A DNA stretch of 64,000 nucleotides. Origin: Bacilli bacterium (lineage in GTDB: Bacteria; Bacillota_I; Bacilli_A; RFN20; CAG-826). The translations under genes were made by a program, and so were the position numbers. Of this stretch, positions 9,364-18,660 are shown one piece after another; within the stretch, counting starts at the first letter, position 1, and every line of letters starts with the position of its first letter. The notes below the pieces were generated by a model. It saw nothing but the letters and a program-made list of their open reading frames with translations. It was not told the origin of the DNA and ran no database searches. The stretch spans positions 96,001 through 160,000 of the forward strand of contig JAZLKX010000052.1 of assembly GCA_045597865.1 (NCBI GenBank), in the 5' to 3' direction.

Positions 9364-10109
9364 TTGAAAATTTTGAATTGAAAGAAGATCTTGATTTTGA
9401 GTCAGAAATTGGCATTAAGAACAATGATGTAATTCGTAATGAAGTACAGGATGTTTTGGCTTGGAAATATAAGTCAGGTGATAAGGTTGGCAACACTTGG
9501 GAAATCATTGATGCGCATTTGACTCTTAATCCATATCAGCCGTACTTGAACATTTTCAATAGACCATTTAAAAAGGACTATCTTGAAAAGGAACATAAGT
9601 GGTATATGTCACAAGATCTGTCTATTAAAGGATGGATGGACGACATCAAGATTTGGAACTACTGTGCATCAAAAGACGATAAGCAACTTATCAACTCAAA
9701 TTATGGTTGGTGTGTTTTCTCAAAGGAAAATGGCGACCAATATGAAAACTGCTTAAAGAAAATGAAGGAAGATGTAAATACACGTGAAGCGTTGATGATC
9801 TATACTCGACCGAGCATGCACATTGATGCCGTTGAAAACGGAAAGCATGATTTTATGTGTACTGTTTCTGCTCAGGCAATGATCCGCAATGGCAAACTGT
9901 ATTACATTGTGACACAAAGATCTTGTGACTTGGTAACTGGTCTTTCGTTTGACTTCCCTTGGCACTGTTTCGTGTATCAGATGATGTATGAAGAATTGAA
10001 ACAGACATATCCTGAGCTTGAACGCGGAAGTATCTTCTATAATATCGGAAGTCTTCATGTATATGACCGTCACGAGAATCTTCTCAAGGCATATTCAGTT
10101 TATGGGTAA
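9360..10109 (+). CDS. 42: dCMP hydroxymethylase-like thymidylate synthase superfamily enzyme (T4 gp42-like)
   Basis: INSNYGW, IYTRPSM, DFMCT (catalytic Cys), RSCD..G...D (Asp where ThyA has Asn), GSLHVY.RH; all resemble T4 gp42. Confidence 0.85.
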   Translation: MIENFELKEDLDFESEIGIKNNDVIRNEVQDVLAWKYKSGDKVGNTWEIIDAHLTLNPYQPYLNIFNRPFKKDYLEKEHKWYMSQDLSIKGWMDDIKIWNYCASKDDKQLINSNYGWCVFSKENGDQYENCLKKMKEDVNTREALMIYTRPSMHIDAVENGKHDFMCTVSAQAMIRNGKLYYIVTQRSCDLVTGLSFDFPWHCFVYQMMYEELKQTYPELERGSIFYNIGSLHVYDRHENLLKAYSVYG

Positions 10110-10112
10110 TAG

Positions 10113-11510
10113 ATGAAACCAGCAGATTTTGAAAGAATTATAATCAAAGCACTTTTTGTAAACGATACAGTCAGAGGTAAAGTTTTACCAGCACTTAAGA
10201 CTGATTGGTTCTTTGACATTGATGATAAATTCATCATTGAAAAAATCATTGACTTCAATGGACGCTTTGGTCAGATGCCAAACGTCATTGAAATGAAGCG
10301 TCTTATTTCAGATGACACGACTTTAGGCATTTTTGAAGATGCGATGAACATTCCTGATGATGATGTTCAAACAGAATTCATGCTTGAAGAAATTCAGGAA
10401 TATGTAAGGCGTCGTCTTGTCAGCAATGTTTGTGAAAAGGGTCATAAAGCCGTTCAAAGTTCAGGTGCATATAACGCATCTTTGACTGACTTAATGGCTG
10501 AAGCTGAAACTTTTACTTTTGACACAAACATTGGCTTTGACATTTTGAATGATCCTAACCGTTTGTATGAAGATGCAAACACGAAGGAGAAAATCTATAA
10601 TTCTGGCATCAAGATTATCAATGATATGATTGGTGGTGGCTTCCATGAAAAGTCATTGAACTTGTTTATGGCGCCAACTAACATTGGTAAGACTTTGATT
10701 ATGTGTTCATTAGCAACAAACTTCTTGTTGAATGGACACAATGTTTTGTATGTAACTTTTGAAGACCCGGAAAACAAAATCGCTGGCCGTATGGCTCAGA
10801 ATTTGTTTGACATTACACAGAAAGATTACAAGGCGATGAGCCGCGATAACTTTAACCTTGCATTTGCTAATCTTAAAAAGAAATTGCCCGGTAACCGTGT
10901 GATTGTTAAGGAATATCCAGAAGGTACAGTTAACGCCGTTCAGTTGAATGCTTTGCTTAAGGAATTGAAGGATAAGCAAAACTTTGAACCTGATGTAATG
11001 CTTGTTGACTATATTGGTTGTATGATACCAAACGGCAGACCAAATCCAAACTTAAACACAAATACCACACTGCAGCTTATCTCACTTCAGGTAAGAGCTT
11101 TGGGTATGACACATGGCATTCCTATCATTTCAGGTCTTCAGGCAAACCGCGGTGGTAACGGCGTTGCAGAAATTAGCTTGAATGATGTTGCTGATTCTTT
11201 TGCATCAACTACGAAGGCAGACGCTATCTTCGGTGTAACTCAAACAGATGAATACAAGCAACAGAATGTTTATTGTGTAAAGTTGTTAAAGACTCGTTAT
11301 GGTAATCAGCGTAATGATACATTCTTGTTAGGCGTTGACATTGAAAAGCAAAGAATTTATGATGTTGACAATGAAGCAATTCAGCAAGGATCGGTTAATA
11401 TCTTTGATGCGCCGGAAGCGTCAAATCGTCCAAGACGAAATACGCCTGAACCTGAAGAAGAATATGTATATGAAGAAGTACCAACACCCGATGAAATAGA
11501 CTTTATGTAA
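10113..11510 (+). CDS. 41: replicative DnaB-like helicase (T4 gp41)
   Basis: APTNIGKT, VLYVTFE, KEYP, VDYIG, QANRGG, ADSF, LKTRYG. Confidence 0.95.
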   Translation: MKPADFERIIIKALFVNDTVRGKVLPALKTDWFFDIDDKFIIEKIIDFNGRFGQMPNVIEMKRLISDDTTLGIFEDAMNIPDDDVQTEFMLEEIQEYVRRRLVSNVCEKGHKAVQSSGAYNASLTDLMAEAETFTFDTNIGFDILNDPNRLYEDANTKEKIYNSGIKIINDMIGGGFHEKSLNLFMAPTNIGKTLIMCSLATNFLLNGHNVLYVTFEDPENKIAGRMAQNLFDITQKDYKAMSRDNFNLAFANLKKKLPGNRVIVKEYPEGTVNAVQLNALLKELKDKQNFEPDVMLVDYIGCMIPNGRPNPNLNTNTTLQLISLQVRALGMTHGIPIISGLQANRGGNGVAEISLNDVADSFASTTKADAIFGVTQTDEYKQQNVYCVKLLKTRYGNQRNDTFLLGVDIEKQRIYDVDNEAIQQGSVNIFDAPEASNRPRRNTPEPEEEYVYEEVPTPDEIDFM

Positions 11511-11521
11511 GGAGAAAAATC

Positions 11522-11947
11522 ATGGCTGATTTTTTTGATACATTGCTGTCGGATTACGGTGATAGACAGGCGCTTGAACGAAAACAAAACAAAGCCAAGT
11601 TCTACGACTTTATGAAAGAGAATGGATTTGACTTTAATGATACAACTGAAGAAGTTCCTGGCTTTGACCGCTTGCCGAAATCACTTATTCCTGTTATGCA
11701 GAATAACACGGATGAGTTCCATAAGTTCAACCATCTGTTATCAAAGCTTGAGAAAGAAGGCATTTGTACAGTTGCTGATGCTGCTGTATATCTGCATACT
11801 GATTATCTTGATGTACCTCAAGTGCTCAAGTGTCTTGATGAATTGAACTTCTACGCAATGAAAACGGAATTTCTAAAAAGATACCGTCTTCAGCTTGAAA
11901 AGAAAGGCGAAACCACACTTCTGGATTTTTTAGATGCAGACTTCTAG
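11522..11947 (+). CDS. putative late-transcription coactivator (gp33-like)
   Basis: Synteny (33-59-32 order in T4-like phages); C-terminal helical pattern is only a weak match. Confidence 0.35.
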   Translation: MADFFDTLLSDYGDRQALERKQNKAKFYDFMKENGFDFNDTTEEVPGFDRLPKSLIPVMQNNTDEFHKFNHLLSKLEKEGICTVADAAVYLHTDYLDVPQVLKCLDELNFYAMKTEFLKRYRLQLEKKGETTLLDFLDADF

Positions 11948-12569
11948 TAAAGAACTATATCATTTCTGGAGCTTGTTTAGCAAGCTCTTGAAAGATGAAC
12001 CGCCGGCATTGCGTCGTAAGTTTGAAAAGTTGACTCTTCAAGAAATTCTCAAAGAGGAGTTCTTTGAAACTCCGCGCATGCCGAATGCGTATGTTGATTT
12101 TATTGATGTTGCGAACGGAATAAACAACGGTAAGTTTACTTTTGACCAATGGGTATATGTCATTGTTCAGGATTTTATTCGTGACGGCAAGGTAAAGAAG
12201 AAAAACATCTTAAATCTAAATTATCTTGAAAAAAAATTTAAATTGTTTACCGTAAATGAGATAAATCGCCAACGCGACCTTATAAATAAATTGTCAGAGG
12301 AAGCTGAAAGCGATAATCCGTTTACAGAATTTTCTGACGCCAAATTTGACCTCTATACAGTCAATGAACAGCAGAAAAATAAACTTTATGAATTGGTCAA
12401 AGCTGGAACATTGAACTTTTGGTTCTTCATTAACGGACTTCATACAAAGAAGTTTAAGATTGACGAATCTAAGCTTGCTGATCCAGCATATAGCCGTTTC
12501 TTAAGGTTAATGCAAATAATTAAAGACAACAAAACAGGCAAAACACAGGAGAATCTATTATGCCAGTAA
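11934..12569 (+). CDS. putative helicase loader (gp59-like)
   Basis: ~210-aa basic/aromatic protein immediately before gp32; synteny-based. Confidence 0.4.
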   Translation: MQTSSKELYHFWSLFSKLLKDEPPALRRKFEKLTLQEILKEEFFETPRMPNAYVDFIDVANGINNGKFTFDQWVYVIVQDFIRDGKVKKKNILNLNYLEKKFKLFTVNEINRQRDLINKLSEEAESDNPFTEFSDAKFDLYTVNEQQKNKLYELVKAGTLNFWFFINGLHTKKFKIDESKLADPAYSRFLRLMQIIKDNKTGKTQENLLCQ

Positions 12570-13534
12570 AAAGAGATTTTGGTAGTTATTTTCAGGACAT
12601 TCAGGCAGCTACTGCTGCTCCCGCTGCAACCCAGCGTAAATCCTACAAGGTCGAGAATGTTTTCACTCCGACTTATAAGGATGGTAAGTTTAGCGTAATT
12701 TTGCGCTTCCTCCCTTCACATCCTGATGAAATCAAACCGTTCATTGAAAACCGTACCCACATGTTTAAGGTAAACGGTGACCAGTGGTTTGGATGTGATT
12801 GTTTGGGTAAGTTTGGTAAGCCTTGCCCGATTTGCGAATACAACCGTGAACAGTTTAAGAAGTATGGAAAGGAAGAAGGCCGTGCCCGTTCTTTCGGTAA
12901 GGCTCGCTCTAAGTACGTCTGCAACGTTCTTGTTGTTCGTAATGCAAACAACACTGAACAGGAAGGAAAGGTTTATCGCTTTGAATTTGGCGCACAGATC
13001 ATGAAGATGATTTCTGAAGCTATGACTGAAAAGGACGATGGCTTGAGCGTAACTCCGGCTATCAACCCGTTTGATTGGACACTCGGTGCTAACTTCGTTT
13101 ATGAAGGCGTACAGAGTTCCAACGGTCCTAAGCTTGATGCTTCTCACTTTGGACCTCAGCAGGCAATTAACAAGTGGACCGGTAAGGGCTACAAGGAATT
13201 GACTGAAGCAGAAATTGATGACATTGAATCTAAGCTTTATAAGCATGATGAATGCTATCACAAGGAAGAAGACTGCGCTAATTATAATCAGATTCTTGAA
13301 AGATACGAAAAGAAGACTGGTAAGTCATTGTTTGAAAACATGCCGGCTGGTGCCGCTTCAATGGCAAACTCTAATCCGTTTGCTGCTGAACCCGCTGCAA
13401 CATCCACAACAGTTGAAACCTTTGACTTTGATGCACCGGCTGCACCTGCTCCTGTAAAGGCAGCACCTGCACCTGCTGTTGACGTTCTCGATGACGCCGC
13501 ATTCTGGGCCGATGTAAATAAGAACCAGGCTTAA
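12560..13534 (+). CDS. 32: single-stranded DNA-binding protein (T4 gp32)
   Basis: VILRFLP, H..C..CPICE Zn ligands, NVLVV, EGKVY, NPFD..GANF, acidic tail. Confidence 0.93.
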   Translation: MPVKRDFGSYFQDIQAATAAPAATQRKSYKVENVFTPTYKDGKFSVILRFLPSHPDEIKPFIENRTHMFKVNGDQWFGCDCLGKFGKPCPICEYNREQFKKYGKEEGRARSFGKARSKYVCNVLVVRNANNTEQEGKVYRFEFGAQIMKMISEAMTEKDDGLSVTPAINPFDWTLGANFVYEGVQSSNGPKLDASHFGPQQAINKWTGKGYKELTEAEIDDIESKLYKHDECYHKEEDCANYNQILERYEKKTGKSLFENMPAGAASMANSNPFAAEPAATSTTVETFDFDAPAAPAPVKAAPAPAVDVLDDAAFWADVNKNQA

Positions 13535-13555
13535 TCTTGGTTGGAAAATAAATTC

Positions 13556-13595
13556 ATGGGCACCCGTCAAAGGTGCCCATTTTTTGTTATATTTT
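13556..13595 (+). terminator. intrinsic terminator plus TTATATTT motif
   Basis: ATGGGCACC/GGTGCCCAT stem, T-run. Confidence 0.8.
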
Positions 13596-13621
13596 GTATG
13601 TAAAGAAAAATGGAGTAACAA

Positions 13622-14521
13622 ATGTTTGATTTTTACAACCCAGATTTACGAATCCTGAATTTCACACATATTGATTTTGACGGCGCTGCTTCAGCCGTTG
13701 TCATCAAGAACTATTATAAGAACGTTCAGACCGAAGTAATCAATTACGGCAAGGAACAGGAAGCTTATGATAAGATGACAAAGAACATGGGCGCATTTGA
13801 CGCTGTTGTGTTCACTGACTTCTGTCCTGTCAATATCAAGCAGCTGCAGAAAATTGGTAAGCCTATTCTTGTGCTTGACCATCATGAAACCGCTAAGCAA
13901 TTTGCCGATCCGCAGAATGGCGTTTATATTAAGTCAGAAGTTTGCGGTGCTATGCTTGCTTTTAAGTATTACAGCGTAAAGAAGGATTTGTCCTATCTTA
14001 AGGATCTTATCAACATTGCGAATGATTATGATCTGTTTACCCTCAAGGATCCACGCAGTATGTGCTTTAATGCACTGTTCTGGGAAATGGGTTTCAGATG
14101 GTTTGTTCGCCGTTTTATGACAGGCAATACATCGCTTTATGCTGAAGAAAAAGATTACATTCGTTGGTACAAAGTTGATGAACAGAAGTGGTATGATAAC
14201 CTTGAACTTGTTGACATTCCTGTAAAGAATCTCAAGGGATGCTTCTATAAAACGGAAAAATACCTCGCGGAAATGAGTGCTCGTCTTCGTCTTGATGGTT
14301 ATGATTTCCAGATCATCAAGCATGGAACCGCGTTGTCTGTTCGTTCAAACAATGATGCGCTTGACTTGACAAAAGTTTGTCAGTTTATTGGCAAGGGCGG
14401 CGGACATCCTAAGGCCGTTGGTATTCCTGTGCCATTCGGCGAAAACATTGAAGAACTTACAAAGAAGATCTGTTACGGTATTGAGCATGAACTCAATTAC
14501 GGTGCTGACTTACCATTCTAA
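13622..14521 (+). CDS. DHH-family phosphoesterase
   Basis: THIDFDG, FTD, LDHH, GGGH. Confidence 0.9.
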   Translation: MFDFYNPDLRILNFTHIDFDGAASAVVIKNYYKNVQTEVINYGKEQEAYDKMTKNMGAFDAVVFTDFCPVNIKQLQKIGKPILVLDHHETAKQFADPQNGVYIKSEVCGAMLAFKYYSVKKDLSYLKDLINIANDYDLFTLKDPRSMCFNALFWEMGFRWFVRRFMTGNTSLYAEEKDYIRWYKVDEQKWYDNLELVDIPVKNLKGCFYKTEKYLAEMSARLRLDGYDFQIIKHGTALSVRSNNDALDLTKVCQFIGKGGGHPKAVGIPVPFGENIEELTKKICYGIEHELNYGADLPF

Positions 14522-14533
14522 AAGGAAAGAAAA

Positions 14534-14968
14534 ATGCTAAAAGAAACTATTGAAAAAGAAATCGTTGCTGCATTAAAAAGCGGCGATACTGCTACACTGA
14601 ACGCTTTGAAGTCATTCAAGGCTGACTACACAAAGGTCGCTATTGACAAGCGTTGCGAAGTAACTGATGAACTTATCATTGACGCAGCCGCTAAATCCAT
14701 TAAGCAGTATAAGGACGCTTTGATGGTAATGTGTTCAGGTGGTCCTAATTACATGGACTATGAATTCCGCGTCAAGCTGCTTTCTAAGTATTTGCCTGCA
14801 CAGTTGACTGAAGCAGAAGTGACTGAAATCGTTCTTGCCGCAAAGGCTGCCACTGGCGCTGCTACTAAAAAGGACATGGGTAAAATCATGAAGGAAGTGC
14901 AGCCTAAATGTAAGGGCAAGTTTGATGGCAAGCGTCTTTCTGAAATCGTTAACAGCGTTTTAAACTAA
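14534..14968 (+). CDS. yqeY: GatB/YqeY domain protein
   Basis: ALKSGD, YLPAQLTE, KDMGKIMK, GKFDGK. Confidence 0.9.
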   Translation: MLKETIEKEIVAALKSGDTATLNALKSFKADYTKVAIDKRCEVTDELIIDAAAKSIKQYKDALMVMCSGGPNYMDYEFRVKLLSKYLPAQLTEAEVTEIVLAAKAATGAATKKDMGKIMKEVQPKCKGKFDGKRLSEIVNSVLN

Positions 14969-15039
14969 GTGATAAAACATGAAATGGATTAGCACTTGCT
15001 TGAAGACAAAGTAATAAGCAAGTTTCAGAAAAAATAAAT

Positions 15040-15079
15040 AACCCGGGCCTAAAAAGCTCGGGTTTCTTTGTTATATTTT
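15040..15079 (+). terminator. terminator plus TTATATTT promoter
   Basis: AACCCGGGC/GCTCGGGTT stem; TATATT 15072-15077. Confidence 0.7.
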
Positions 15080-15083
15080 GTTT

Positions 15084-15938
15084 ATGTATTTGGCGACTAT
15101 AAATAATCAATTTGACAACAGAATAAAGGGTCTTGAAATTGACAAGAGGGTTTGGACAAATGTTCTGAACTTAATCAAGAACCCACTTATCGTTACCGAC
15201 AAAGCTCAGATACCTCAATGGAAATTCTGCACTATAAAAGGTGAAAATAGATGTACAGAAAACATTGGGGCGACGAACATTCTGATTCTTGACTTTGATG
15301 ATAAGGATTACACATACCAAGAATTTGAAAAGCGTTTTCGTGAATACCGTTATATCATTCACACATCGCATTCTTATGACGGAACGAATAACAAGTTTCG
15401 TGTTCTTTTGTTTATGGACAAAGAATATGAAATTGATAAGCTCTTTGCTAAGTGTTACGATAAGACATTTAGTCCGTATGAATACTTGATGAAGTACTTT
15501 CCGCATATTGACCCAGCATCATTTGTCAAAGCACAGTTCTTTAAGATGCCTGCGGTAAAGTCAAAAGACGCACCTTACTATTACAACATTCATAATGGCA
15601 AACTTTGGTCGCCTGAAGCGATTGAAGGTTTCCCGTTTGCATATACTTTGTGTGAACAGAAACAAGATGAATACATCAGAAATCTTGAAAGAGAACGAGC
15701 AAAGAAAAGAACCGATAATCAAGATCTTTCTCGTGCCATTGATTACGTAAAAAGAAAGCTCGCTGAACTTCCAGCAGGTATGCGTCATAATGGTGTCTTT
15801 GGCATCGCTGCATGGTTTGCTGGCATTGGCGGATCATACGAAGAGTTCAGAAACATTGAAAAGCCAGCTTGGGCAGACCGCGCTTATGACAAGCAGATTA
15901 AGCGTCTTGCATTGGAATGGCATAAGCTAGGAAGATAA
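15084..15938 (+). CDS. AEP-superfamily primase/primpol-like protein with PriCT-like C-terminus
   Basis: ILDFDD, HTSHS, KFRV, HIDPA, GMRHN; ATG 15084 lacks an RBS. Confidence 0.7.
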   Translation: MYLATINNQFDNRIKGLEIDKRVWTNVLNLIKNPLIVTDKAQIPQWKFCTIKGENRCTENIGATNILILDFDDKDYTYQEFEKRFREYRYIIHTSHSYDGTNNKFRVLLFMDKEYEIDKLFAKCYDKTFSPYEYLMKYFPHIDPASFVKAQFFKMPAVKSKDAPYYYNIHNGKLWSPEAIEGFPFAYTLCEQKQDEYIRNLERERAKKRTDNQDLSRAIDYVKRKLAELPAGMRHNGVFGIAAWFAGIGGSYEEFRNIEKPAWADRAYDKQIKRLALEWHKLGR

Positions 15939-15939
15939 A

Positions 15940-16302
15940 ATGTCGCATAAATCTTGGATAATGAAAAACCGTTCACAAATGGAAAAACCTAATTGGGACG
16001 GATATAATGGAAAACCAATCAGCAGAGCTACGACTGAAAACGCTTTAAAGATTGCTGACTACATTCCAGAAGAATACTTTGATGTAAGCTGGGACCCCGA
16101 AGGATATATTACGTTTGAGCCTATCTATGAATACGAAGGCTCTACATATACTAGCTTCGGCAATTACATTATTGATGTATATGCTGACAGGATTGAATGC
16201 TGGACACTTGGCGGCAAAAGCACTGAACCAGAAGTCTATAAATCGGTGAACGGTTTTATACAAGATGTCATTTCCCGCAAGATTCGTTTAAGCAGAAAGT
16301 GA
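15940..16302 (+). CDS. hypothetical protein
   Basis: ORF; NWDGY..PI motif seen in some phage proteins. Confidence 0.6.
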   Translation: MSHKSWIMKNRSQMEKPNWDGYNGKPISRATTENALKIADYIPEEYFDVSWDPEGYITFEPIYEYEGSTYTSFGNYIIDVYADRIECWTLGGKSTEPEVYKSVNGFIQDVISRKIRLSRK

Positions 16303-16338
16303 CCCATAAATATACCAAACATTATTGTGAGGTATATT

Positions 16339-17007
16339 ATGAAGATAGCGGGTTGCGATTTGTCCATATCGTCATCTGGTATTGTGATAGAGGATGTTGA
16401 TGACCAGTTTAATGTTCGGTCGGTAAATTATTTTGGCTTTACTGGAAAGAAAAAACTAGCCGCGGATAACATCCTTTATTACAATAACAAAGAATTCAAT
16501 ACGGATTATGAAAAGTACGCTTGGATGATTGACCACATCTTAGAGTGGTGTAAAGACTGCGATTACGTCGCGGTTGAAGATTACGCTATGCATGCTGGTG
16601 CGATGGGTATGATTTTTAATCTTGCTGAATTTGAGGGATTTGTTAAGCAAAGTCTTTTTAGACAAGGTAAAAAAATACGACTTTACTCCATCAATGGTAT
16701 CAAGAAATTTTTCAGTGGATATGGCCTATCTGATAAGATTGGCATGCGTGATGCTTTTGATAAACAAACTGGTATGAAACCCGATCTTTCAACTTTACCA
16801 GAAGTTAATAACGGCCACGGTGTTTCACCCACATCAGACATCATTGACGCTTTTGCTATCTGCGAGTTCCTAAGAACAGAATTGAAATTACGAGCCAATG
16901 TAATTACACAGACTGATCTTCCAAAACATCAAGGCGAGGCATTATACGTAATCACTAAAGATACACCGGATGGTTATGTGAATAAAAATTTTATTCACAG
17001 GGTATAA
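16339..17007 (+). CDS. RuvC-like Holliday junction resolvase
   Basis: GCDLSISSSG, VAVEDYA, IKKF..G...K, DIIDAFAI; GAGG RBS before ATG 16339. Confidence 0.8.
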   Translation: MKIAGCDLSISSSGIVIEDVDDQFNVRSVNYFGFTGKKKLAADNILYYNNKEFNTDYEKYAWMIDHILEWCKDCDYVAVEDYAMHAGAMGMIFNLAEFEGFVKQSLFRQGKKIRLYSINGIKKFFSGYGLSDKIGMRDAFDKQTGMKPDLSTLPEVNNGHGVSPTSDIIDAFAICEFLRTELKLRANVITQTDLPKHQGEALYVITKDTPDGYVNKNFIHRV

Positions 17008-17012
17008 ATAAT

Positions 17013-17122
17013 AAAAGGACAGATGCTCACCTCGTGGCATTTGGGAGCTGTTGCCGCAGCTCCCTTACTTTTATAAATACAATAGCAGACGGCAATCTGC
17101 TTTATTTTTAGCGAGGTATTTT
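17013..17122 (+). promoter_or_regulatory. structured leader element, copy 1 (3 hairpins, complementary loops, TATAAATA late promoter)
   Basis: CAGATGC/GCATTTG; GGGAGCTG-TTGCCG-CAGCTCCC; TATAAATA 17072-17079; AGCAGA-CGGCAA-TCTGCT. Confidence 0.8.
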
Positions 17123-18106
17123 ATGCATTGTGAAATATGCGGTTTTGAATGTGTGTCAGCTAAAGGCTTTGGCTTACATATTGTAAAGATTCATAAAATT
17201 TCAACTGAAACATATTATAAACAGTTTTTGTTAAAATCTGAAACTGATGGTCTATGTAAGACTTGTGGCAAGCCAACAAAGTTTAGAAATGTAGCATTTG
17301 GCTATTCTTCATTCTGTTGTTCCCGCTGTAGCACAGTAAATCCTGAAACGATTGAAAAATTAAAAGCAACCAATCTTCGCATTTATGGACAGGCGCATCA
17401 TAACGAATTATCTAAAGAAGAACGCGAAGCACGCCTTACAGAAAAACAAAGACTTACACCGCAACAGCGCAGAGAAGAAACTTGTTTAAGAAAATATGGT
17501 GTTAAATCGCCTTTATGTTTAAAAACGGTACATGAGCAAGGCAAATTAACTCAAATAGAAAAACATGGACATGTATGCAATTTTGCGTCCAAAGAATACA
17601 CAGAAAATTGGAAACAAAAATATAAAGAAAAGACTGGTTATGACTCGCCAAATCAAAATCCGATCGTAAAACAACGAAAAGTTGAAACTTATATGAATAA
17701 ATTTGGTGTTGATAATCCGATGCGAAATCATGACATAGTCGTGAAACGGCGTAAGCGATATGAATATGATGGAATGAACTTTGACAGTTCATGGGAACTT
17801 GCGTATTTCATTTATCTTACCGACCACGGTTTTACTTTTGAATATCACCCAAGCATTTCATTGCCATACACAACCGACGACGGAATTGCTCATCGGTATT
17901 TTCCAGACTTTAAAGTTGATGAACACCTTGTTGAAATAAAAGGTGCTCACTTGTTATCAGGTAACCTAAAGATTCCGGACGCTAAAATTAAATGCATGCA
18001 TGACAATTCAGTGAAAATAATTGATGCAATATCCATTAAGCCAATCATGACTTACATAAAGGATAAATATGGCAAAAATTATTTAAAACAGTTTCGGAAA
18101 ACATAA
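17123..18106 (+). CDS. free-standing homing-endonuclease-like protein (Zn finger, KYG repeats, PD-(D/E)XK nuclease)
   Basis: CEIC..H..H, CKTC, repeated (K/R)YG..P, FDSSWE, YFPDF, VEIKG; GAGG RBS before ATG 17123. Confidence 0.8.
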   Translation: MHCEICGFECVSAKGFGLHIVKIHKISTETYYKQFLLKSETDGLCKTCGKPTKFRNVAFGYSSFCCSRCSTVNPETIEKLKATNLRIYGQAHHNELSKEEREARLTEKQRLTPQQRREETCLRKYGVKSPLCLKTVHEQGKLTQIEKHGHVCNFASKEYTENWKQKYKEKTGYDSPNQNPIVKQRKVETYMNKFGVDNPMRNHDIVVKRRKRYEYDGMNFDSSWELAYFIYLTDHGFTFEYHPSISLPYTTDDGIAHRYFPDFKVDEHLVEIKGAHLLSGNLKIPDAKIKCMHDNSVKIIDAISIKPIMTYIKDKYGKNYLKQFRKT

Positions 18107-18639
18107 TGGCAGGTCTTTTTAATGGCAATTATTCAAAGGGTGAGTTCATTCCGCGACATCCTGAGAAATGTTTGAATAAGAACGGCAAATATCCACCTAA
18201 TAAAAGCAAGATAACTTTCAGATCTTCGTGGGAATCCATTTTTGCTAACTGGTGTGACATTGAAGAAAACGTTATTGAGTGGGGAAGCGAACTTATCGAG
18301 ATTCCATACTTTTCGCAGATTGACCAGAAGTCACATGTGTATGTGACTGATTTTATCTTTATGTCAAAAAACCGTGATGGAACTGTTGATAAATGGTTGA
18401 TAGAAGTCAAGCCGGCTATTCAAGTTCCGCGTCTTGATGAATGCGGGCAGATTAAGTATCCTGATCTGGGCTCGAAGAAAAAACTCACTCAGAAGAAAAT
18501 TGAGCGTTGGCAGGAGACTTGTAATGTTTTGCGTAAGAACCATGAAAAATGGACGCAAGCAAGACTTTGGGCAAAAGCACATGGCTACAAATTCAAAGTA
18601 ATAACGGAGTCTGAACTAGGACTTACTTTGGAAAAATAA
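18106..18639 (+). CDS. 4: head completion nuclease (T4 gp4-like)
   Basis: RSSWE, WGSE, IPY, Y..DF, IEVKP, KW..A, FKVITE. Confidence 0.88.
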   Translation: MAGLFNGNYSKGEFIPRHPEKCLNKNGKYPPNKSKITFRSSWESIFANWCDIEENVIEWGSELIEIPYFSQIDQKSHVYVTDFIFMSKNRDGTVDKWLIEVKPAIQVPRLDECGQIKYPDLGSKKKLTQKKIERWQETCNVLRKNHEKWTQARLWAKAHGYKFKVITESELGLTLEK

Positions 18640-18660
18640 ATACAACAAAGGAGAATTTTT

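Noticed and set aside
9360-10109. Ordinary thymidylate synthase ThyA
   Set aside because: Asp at the specificity position and gp42-type motifs favour a dCMP-modifying enzyme.
17051-17122. TTG start of the 351-aa ORF as given in the track
   Set aside because: The TTG lies in the loop of the structured leader; ATG 17123 has a GAGG RBS and matches the paralog's N-terminus.
17007-18106. Endonuclease genes as intron- or intein-encoded
   Set aside because: The flanking genes (RuvC-like, gp4, AAA ATPase) look complete, so the endonucleases appear free-standing.
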